From Candidatus Woesearchaeota archaeon (GTDB taxonomy: Archaea; Nanobdellota; Nanobdellia; SCGC-AAA011-G17; JACPNG01): a DNA stretch of 64,000 nucleotides. The DNA lies in the NCBI GenBank assembly GCA_016185605.1, contig JACPNG010000009.1, positions 53,838-117,837 of the forward strand. Direction: 5' to 3'. A program made the position numbers and the translations under genes. Below the pieces are notes generated by a model, which had not been told where the DNA came from, did not search any database, and saw only the letters and a list, made by a program, of their open reading frames with translations. The stretch's first letter is position 1; each line of letters opens with the position of its first letter. Below, piece by piece: positions 39,881 to 46,579 of the stretch.

Positions 39881-41032
39881 ATGTTTAGAATTATCCCTAG
39901 GCAGAGTGTATCTCATTTAAAGGGACAGTTAAAGATAATGCTAAAAGAAAAAATTTCTGTGGAAAGATTTGAGAACAAATTAGCAAGTTATATTAATATA
40001 AACAATGTTGTGGCTGTTGGATCTGCTACACTGGCTTTTTATCTAATTTTAAAAAACATAAAGAAAACAAATAAGGATGAAGTTATACTATCCAGATATA
40101 ATTACTATGATTTGGCAAATGTTATTGATTATTGTGGAATGAAACCGGTTTTCATAGAAGTAGATGAGAGTTTACAGATGAATATTAGTGAAATTAAAAA
40201 TAAAATATCAAAAAATACTAGAGCTATATTAGTTACTCATTTATTCGGATTTCATTCCGATATTAAAAGTATTTTAAAAACAGCCAAAAAAAACAATATT
40301 TATGTAGTAGAAGACGGCACTCATGCCTTGGGCTCTAGTATAAATAATAAGAAAATTGGTTCTTTCGGTGATTTTGGCATGTTCAGTTTTAATAGATGGA
40401 AAATTATGGATTGTTTTGGTGGTGGGGTTATAGTATCTAATAATGATGCAATTATGAAGAATATAAGAAATGAAATCAGTAAGTACAAATATCCTAATAA
40501 AAATGAGATTCTTAGAAGAATTATTTTCAATTATGTATCTTGGATTTTAACTTTTAAATTAATCTTTAGTCTATTTATATTTCCTATTGTGTATCTTTTC
40601 AATTTGTTTAATAAAGATACTTTATTTGATTTAACTAAAGATGATTTATCAATTAAATTTTCTAATAATAAAAAGTTAAGATTCTCAGAATTACAAGCCA
40701 CTATTGGTTATAAAATGATTGATAATTTAGATTTTATAAATAAAGAAAGGGAAAATAAATACAGGAAACTAATCGCTGAAATCAAAAATAGAAATGTTAA
40801 GACTATTGAGATTAATGGTTTACAACCGATATTCTTTCCTATTATTGTAAAAAACAAGAAATTTGCTTACGATTATTTATTGAAAAACGGCATAGATACA
40901 ATAAGTAAATATTATGGATATAATTTAGATAAAAATAAAAATGTAGAGGATAACTTAATATTAATACCTGTTCATATAAATGTGAATAACTCTGATATTG
41001 ATTATATAGCTGATTGTATAAATAAAATTTAG
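39881..41032 (+). CDS. DegT/DnrJ/EryC1/StrS-family PLP-dependent sugar aminotransferase (or dehydratase)
   Basis: 383 aa. VEDGTHALGS parallels EDCAQAHG. FSFNRWKIMD is the SFxxxK PLP-lysine motif. Confidence 0.8.
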   Translation: MFRIIPRQSVSHLKGQLKIMLKEKISVERFENKLASYININNVVAVGSATLAFYLILKNIKKTNKDEVILSRYNYYDLANVIDYCGMKPVFIEVDESLQMNISEIKNKISKNTRAILVTHLFGFHSDIKSILKTAKKNNIYVVEDGTHALGSSINNKKIGSFGDFGMFSFNRWKIMDCFGGGVIVSNNDAIMKNIRNEISKYKYPNKNEILRRIIFNYVSWILTFKLIFSLFIFPIVYLFNLFNKDTLFDLTKDDLSIKFSNNKKLRFSELQATIGYKMIDNLDFINKERENKYRKLIAEIKNRNVKTIEINGLQPIFFPIIVKNKKFAYDYLLKNGIDTISKYYGYNLDKNKNVEDNLILIPVHINVNNSDIDYIADCINKI

Positions 41033-41148
41033 AATAGGGTATATATGAAAGGTGATATAGAACTACTCTGTCCAAATATCATTAGAATACTAACTAATAA
41101 AAGCATAATCAGTATAGGAAGTAACCACCATTTTTTATTCTCTTTCAT
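41029..41148 (-). CDS. conserved small membrane protein (39 aa: MKENKKWWLLPILIMLLLVSILMIFGQSSSISPFIYTLF)
   Basis: Found by manual minus-strand translation; it is absent from the ORF track. To my recollection, a KKWWL...PFIYTLF-type small protein is a recurrent neighbour of NodU/CmcH carbamoyltransferase genes. Confidence 0.45.
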   Translation of the reverse strand: MKENKKWWLLPILIMLLLVSILMIFGQSSSISPFIYTLF

Positions 41149-41205
41149 AAAACCCCATGAGTCTCTTAAAAGATAAAATCTAGTCATATCATTCTAATAA
41201 ATCAA

Positions 41206-42882
41206 TCATTTATTAATCTTTTCAATCAAAAAATTATCCATAACCAAAACATCTATTCCTGTATTAATAAAACAATTGTATGCATTTTTTGGACTACAAA
41301 CAATAGGTTCTCCTCTAACATTAAATGAGGTATTAATTAATATTGGAATTTTACTTATTTTTTTAAATTCTTTTATCAAATTATAAAATTTAGGATTATA
41401 TCTCTCTTCAATGGTTTGTAGTCTAGCTGTATTATCAAAATGAGTTACAGCTGGGATTTTTTTACTTTTAACATCACAAACTAAGGTCATAAATGGGTCA
41501 TATTGCTTAATATTAAAATAATGATGGACCTCTTCTTTTAGAGCAGTAGGAGCAAAAGGTCTAAAATCTTCCCTATGTTTAACCTTATTATTTAATCTAT
41601 ATTTCATGTCTTTATTGGTCGGATTTGCTAATATGCTTCTATTTCCTAACGCTCTTGGACCAAACTCCATTCTTCCTTGAAACCACCCAATTATTCTATT
41701 GTTGTTTATTAGCCTAGCAACTCTTTTTAGTAGTTCTTTTTCTTCTAGTTCTTCAAATTTTATATTATTATTTATTAAGAAATCCCTTATCTCTGTATTA
41801 GAAAAACTAGGACCTAAATAAACATGTTCTATGGTCTTTCTTTTGTTTTTTAGTATAACATTATAAATATAATAAGCAACGCCTAAAGCTCCCCCGGAGT
41901 CTCCAGCAGCTGGTTGTATAAATATTTCTTTAAACTTAGTTCTTTTTAATATTTCAGTGTTAGCAACACAATTTAATGCTATACCGCCACCAATACAAAG
42001 TTTATCTAATTTAGTTTGTTCATAAACATAATCTGATATCTTAATTATAATATCTTCTAATAATTTTTGAAGGGATGCTGCTAAGTCTTTATGTTTTTGT
42101 TCTATTTTTGATTCTGGAATCCTAGATTTCCAAAATTCTTTTTCCAATTTCTCGTTAAACATCTTCAATTTATAAGAATAAGCAAAATAATCCCGATTAA
42201 GTCTATAACTGCCATCTTCATTTATATCTATTAATTTCTTTAATCTATTATAATATATCGGCTTGCCATAAGAAGCTAATCCCATTATCTTATATTCATC
42301 ATTATTAACTTTAAAACCTAAAAAAGATGTAATTGTAGAATAAAACAATCCTAAAGAATCTGGAAAATTAATTTCTTTCAATAATTTAATTTCATTATTT
42401 TTGCCATAACCATAACTTGTAGTTGTCCATTCACCAACTGCATCTAATGTTAAAATTGCCGCTTCTTTAAATGGAGATACTAAAAAAGTGGATGCTGCAT
42501 GACTCATATGATGTTTTATAAAGATAATTTTCCCATTATACTTTAGTTTCTTTCTTATTAAAGTAGGAATTCTTAATTTTTCAGTTAACCAAGAAGGCAT
42601 GGCTTTGCAAAAGCTCCAATATGATTTTGGAAATGTATCAATATAAGTTGAAATTAATCTATCAAACTTTAATATCGGCTTTTCATAAAATCCAATGTAT
42701 TCTATATCATTTATGTCAATTTTTGCCTCTTCTAAACAATATTTTATTGAATTAATTGGAAAAGAGTTATCATGCTTTTTTCTAGTAAATCTCTCTTCTT
42801 CTACTGCAGCTATTATATCATTATTTTTGATCAAGCATGCAGCTGCATCATGATAAAAACAAGATATTCCCAGTATATACAT
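41206..42882 (-). CDS. NodU/CmcH-family carbamoyltransferase
   Basis: 558 aa. MYILGISCFYHDAAACLIKNNDIIAAVEEERFTRKKHD matches the family's N-terminal consensus. Confidence 0.9.
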   Translation of the reverse strand: MYILGISCFYHDAAACLIKNNDIIAAVEEERFTRKKHDNSFPINSIKYCLEEAKIDINDIEYIGFYEKPILKFDRLISTYIDTFPKSYWSFCKAMPSWLTEKLRIPTLIRKKLKYNGKIIFIKHHMSHAASTFLVSPFKEAAILTLDAVGEWTTTSYGYGKNNEIKLLKEINFPDSLGLFYSTITSFLGFKVNNDEYKIMGLASYGKPIYYNRLKKLIDINEDGSYRLNRDYFAYSYKLKMFNEKLEKEFWKSRIPESKIEQKHKDLAASLQKLLEDIIIKISDYVYEQTKLDKLCIGGGIALNCVANTEILKRTKFKEIFIQPAAGDSGGALGVAYYIYNVILKNKRKTIEHVYLGPSFSNTEIRDFLINNNIKFEELEEKELLKRVARLINNNRIIGWFQGRMEFGPRALGNRSILANPTNKDMKYRLNNKVKHREDFRPFAPTALKEEVHHYFNIKQYDPFMTLVCDVKSKKIPAVTHFDNTARLQTIEERYNPKFYNLIKEFKKISKIPILINTSFNVRGEPIVCSPKNAYNCFINTGIDVLVMDNFLIEKINK

Positions 42883-42883
42883 T

Positions 42884-43111
42884 TTAAAACATTTTATAAT
42901 GACTTTTATTTTCCCTGTATTCTCTCCAATAAGTACATTTATTGTTTGAATCTAGAAATTTTTTATTAGATATTTTAGCAAATAAACTTACTATTCCTAT
43001 GCCTATAAAATAAACAAAAGTCAATAGTATTATATTTATAATAAACTGGATAAATAAACTTATTCTCTTAAATAAATCTAATAAACTTTTGAAAATATTT
43101 CTCATCATCAT
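42884..43111 (-). CDS. small single-TM protein directly upstream of the carbamoyltransferase (possible SxtJ-like partner)
   Basis: 75 aa with one hydrophobic helix FIINIILLTFVYFIGIGIVSLFA. There is a 1-nt gap to the carbamoyltransferase start. Confidence 0.4.
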   Translation of the reverse strand: MMMRNIFKSLLDLFKRISLFIQFIINIILLTFVYFIGIGIVSLFAKISNKKFLDSNNKCTYWREYRENKSHYKMF

Positions 43112-43113
43112 TT

Positions 43114-44538
43114 CTAAGGTAGCTTATAAATATAAGTTTTATCATTATATACTTTGGTATAACCACAATCTAATTTCGTTTGAGATAATATAAAATCTAT
43201 ATCATATCTTTTAATTATATTTGTCTTTTCATCACAGTCTACTTCATAAAATCTTCTAACCATATCTATATTTCCACTCAATAAATTACCTTTTGTATGT
43301 GCAATAACAAGATTCTTGCTTATTGGATAAATAGCACTAGATTGAGGTAATGGTGACATAATTACCTTACTCTTAAATTGTGATAATAATTTTATCGCTT
43401 CATAATCTTTATCTTCAACAACATGATATAAACCAGAATCCTTATCTAAGTTGTAGTAATTAAAAAATGTGAAATAAAAAACAATTAATAGTATGATTGG
43501 AATTAACCAAACTAATTTACCTTTTAAAACACCCAATAGGGAGTATAAACCAATAGAAGATAAAGGAACTAACCCAATCATAGCATAATAAAGTACTCTC
43601 TGATAAGGGAATAAAATACTAAATCCAAAATTATGAAATAAAAATATTAAAGATAAAGTAATAAATGAGATTATAAGAAAAATTCTTGAGTTTTTATTCT
43701 TAATACTTGGATAGATTCCGATAAATGCTAATAATGTTGGAATTATTCCATAGAATGACGGTAAAAAATATTGTTTTTCAACATATCCCCAACCTTCTTC
43801 TATTATTAGCCAATCTAATAAAAGATTAAAGATTTCCGAATTTTCCCTAATTAGGATAAATAATAATATAATGATTGATGTTGGAATTATCATCAAAAAT
43901 ATGGATAATGGTCTAAAATTTTCAATCTCTTTATGATGTAATAATAAATAGATAAAACTAACAATTAATAATAAAATTAATGATATTGCATGTACAAATA
44001 AAAGTAGAATCAACGGGATAACGCTATAAAAAAAATATTTTATTTTATTCTCCTCAAAGTATTTTAAGAAAAATAAAAAATAAAGGAATATAATGGGAAT
44101 TGCTAAGGTTAATGGCAGAAAGAACCATAACCCCTGTATGTTTATATTACTTTTTAAAGATGAAAAAAATAATATTGAAAATAATCCAATATAGAAATTA
44201 CTTGTTATTTGATGAACTAATAAAAATAAGATAAAAGCTGCAAGAGTTGCAAAAATAGCCGGAAGAAATTTATAACCCATAATTGGATCAATAAATCTGA
44301 ATAAAAAAGACAAAAATACAGTAAATCCCGGCTCAAGGTTTGGCTGAAATGGTTTATCTACTAAATTCGGGTTTCTTTGCAATTCTTTTGTTTCTGAAAA
44401 ATAAACAGCTTTAGAAATATGTTGCCATTCATCCACATGTAAAGGATATTTATAATCAGAATGCGGGCTATAAACCAAGATAAAAATTAATATTAAAGCT
44501 ATTATTAATAAAGTATATTCATATTTCTTAAATTTCAT
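43114..44538 (-). CDS. polytopic membrane protein (possible GT-C-like; VDEWQH in the first loop)
   Basis: 474 aa, about 12 TM helices. DEWQH loosely resembles GT-C DE-type motifs. It is first in the minus-strand operon with the carbamoyltransferase. Confidence 0.55.
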   Translation of the reverse strand: MKFKKYEYTLLIIALILIFILVYSPHSDYKYPLHVDEWQHISKAVYFSETKELQRNPNLVDKPFQPNLEPGFTVFLSFLFRFIDPIMGYKFLPAIFATLAAFILFLLVHQITSNFYIGLFSILFFSSLKSNINIQGLWFFLPLTLAIPIIFLYFLFFLKYFEENKIKYFFYSVIPLILLLFVHAISLILLLIVSFIYLLLHHKEIENFRPLSIFLMIIPTSIIILLFILIRENSEIFNLLLDWLIIEEGWGYVEKQYFLPSFYGIIPTLLAFIGIYPSIKNKNSRIFLIISFITLSLIFLFHNFGFSILFPYQRVLYYAMIGLVPLSSIGLYSLLGVLKGKLVWLIPIILLIVFYFTFFNYYNLDKDSGLYHVVEDKDYEAIKLLSQFKSKVIMSPLPQSSAIYPISKNLVIAHTKGNLLSGNIDMVRRFYEVDCDEKTNIIKRYDIDFILSQTKLDCGYTKVYNDKTYIYKLP

Positions 44539-44541
44539 ATT

Positions 44542-45252
44542 TTAATCTTCTTCTAAGCTCTTTAGTTTATTAATTAAGACTCCAAGTTCGTTTATGGTTT
44601 TTTTAATAAAATTGTTTAATTCAGTTTCTTTTAAATTTTTAAATTTTAAATCAACATTTCTAAATGCCAATTTAAATATTTTCTTGATATCTTCTTGTTG
44701 AATAGTTTGTATTACTTCTTCAATAAGCTGAATTACATTCTCTTTTTTTTTAAAAAGCGCTATATCTACTTTTCTTATTAAATATGATATATCATATAAA
44801 TCCTTGAATTCTTTTCTATTAACAAACGTTAGTGCTTTAGTGATAAAAATTCTTTCTGTAGGATAAAGATTAAGTTGCCCAACTTTAATTAAATTTTTGG
44901 GTAACTCTACAAAATCAATATCTATCTTACTATAAATTATTTTATGTGTTTTCAATTCTAATTTTATATGGTATCTATTAGTAGATGCAAAAGCAGATTT
45001 TGTTATCTTAAAATCTTTTACTATTTGTTTCCGTTTTAATCGTTCTAAGATTGCAGTAAGGTAATTTTGTATTTCCTTATACTTTTTAATTAGATGTTTA
45101 TCTGCATCAAAATCAAGATCTTCTGATTCTCTATGACTATTTAGATAATAGATTGATAATGCTGTTCCGCCTTTTAATACTAAATCAAATGGATTATCTT
45201 TTTCTACTTCCAGAAGAAATTCTCTTATTATATTTAATATTCTAGACGCCAT
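44542..45252 (-). CDS. AbiEii/DUF1814-like nucleotidyltransferase (type IV toxin-antitoxin toxin-like)
   Basis: 236 aa. LVLKGGTALSIYYLNSHRESEDLDFDAD matches the AbiEii NTase signature (hGGTAL...RxSxDLDh). Confidence 0.65.
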   Translation of the reverse strand: MASRILNIIREFLLEVEKDNPFDLVLKGGTALSIYYLNSHRESEDLDFDADKHLIKKYKEIQNYLTAILERLKRKQIVKDFKITKSAFASTNRYHIKLELKTHKIIYSKIDIDFVELPKNLIKVGQLNLYPTERIFITKALTFVNRKEFKDLYDISYLIRKVDIALFKKKENVIQLIEEVIQTIQQEDIKKIFKLAFRNVDLKFKNLKETELNNFIKKTINELGVLINKLKSLEED

Positions 45253-45844
45253 ATTTTGAATAATCTATTTTTTGTTTTGGTAAGATATTTTTAAACTTAT
45301 CAATATTTTTTACAAACATATTTTTGTATCTTGCAAGCATCTGTATCCATACATTTTCTGTGTATTTATTCTTAGTAAAGGCTATATCTTTAATGATCTG
45401 CTCATTGGTTGCATATTTTAAGCCTGATTCTTTATCTATGACTATTTTACTGCTCTTTATTGACTTTATTCTTATGAACTTAATGGTTTTGTCATTTAAA
45501 GTAACAGTCCCTTCTACTTTTGTGTTTATTATTTCAACTATCTTAGGCTTAAAATACCAACCATATCCATTATGTTTTAAGGCTTCTAAACCAGTTATAT
45601 AATAAGAGCCAATTATGTCTAGCAATATCAAATAGTTATCTTTTAGTTGTTCTATGCTCATAAAACTTTGTAGTAATGTAATTTTCTTCTTCATTTTCCC
45701 CCTTAGATATCTCTTTTCATTTTCTGTTAATTTTTTGCCATTGTCAAGCTTTTTGATTACATTAAATTGTACAGGTTTAAATAGAGTTGGAACTATCAAA
45801 TCTTCTTCTTCTACTATCCAATGTATTATTCTTTGGTTTATCAT
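45242..45844 (-). CDS. putative cognate AbiEi-like antitoxin/regulator (200 aa), overlapping the toxin start by 11 nt
   Basis: Its position and 11-nt overlap with the AbiEii-like gene fit a bicistronic toxin-antitoxin layout. No strong motif is recognised in the sequence itself. Confidence 0.35.
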   Translation of the reverse strand: MINQRIIHWIVEEEDLIVPTLFKPVQFNVIKKLDNGKKLTENEKRYLRGKMKKKITLLQSFMSIEQLKDNYLILLDIIGSYYITGLEALKHNGYGWYFKPKIVEIINTKVEGTVTLNDKTIKFIRIKSIKSSKIVIDKESGLKYATNEQIIKDIAFTKNKYTENVWIQMLARYKNMFVKNIDKFKNILPKQKIDYSKYGV

Positions 45845-46033
45845 AGGATATAAAAATATCCTTATATATTTAAATGTTTCTAGGGAAGATTAATCAAAAG
45901 TTATAAGTTTTGGTCATATTACATATAAATCAAGTATAAATTACATTTATTATAAGTATTATAACTCAATATAGTCACCTTTATAAACAATTTATACATA
46001 CATAATGAGTATAATTTATATTAATACTTAAGA

Positions 46034-46579
46034 ATGAGAAAAAAAGAGACAAAACATAATAGCTCTTATTATTCAGATTTACAAAAAGATAGAAATCTAG
46101 AGATTCTTAAATTAGCCATAAACGAGTTAAAGGAGAAGTATAATTTAAATTATAGTGAGATTCTTAGTTTAATTAAGGAAGAGCCTAAAGAATTAGAAAT
46201 TCCAATTTCTGCATTCTCTAATAAAAAATTAAGCACTTTAGAAATTATATGCAAATATCTAAAGGAAATCAGAAATCTCAAATATCATGATATTGCTATT
46301 TTAATAAGAAGAGATGACAGGACTATATGGACTACTTATCAAAACTCCCTTAAGAAATTTTCAGATCCTTTAGTAATAGAAAAATCTGAAATTTTTATTC
46401 CCGTCTCAGTTTTTGCTAATAGAAATTTCTCTTCATTAGAGGCTTTAATTGTTTTCCTAAAAGAAGTTTCCAAATTACGATATAATGAGATTGCCAAATT
46501 GCTGAAGAAAGATCAACGTAATATCTGGACCGTTTACAACAGAGCAATCAAAAAAAGAGGTGTAAATGAGAAAGGTTGA
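46034..46579 (+). CDS. DNA-binding protein with two tandem sigma-70 region-4-like (LuxR/ECF-r4-type) HTH domains
   Basis: 181 aa. Repeat 1 is IPISAFSNKKLSTLEIICKYLKEIRNLKYHDIAILIRRDDRTIWTTYQNSLKK. Repeat 2 is IPVSVFANRNFSSLEALIVFLKEVSKLRYNEIAKLLKKDQRNIWTVYNRAIKK. The pattern L..LE....FL.E...L.Y.EIA.LL.K...NIWT.Y.RAIKK parallels sigma r4 (e.g. RpoE LSYEEIAAIMDCPVGTVRSRIFRAREAI). The 3' end overlaps the next gene by 14 nt. Confidence 0.6.
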   Translation: MRKKETKHNSSYYSDLQKDRNLEILKLAINELKEKYNLNYSEILSLIKEEPKELEIPISAFSNKKLSTLEIICKYLKEIRNLKYHDIAILIRRDDRTIWTTYQNSLKKFSDPLVIEKSEIFIPVSVFANRNFSSLEALIVFLKEVSKLRYNEIAKLLKKDQRNIWTVYNRAIKKRGVNEKG

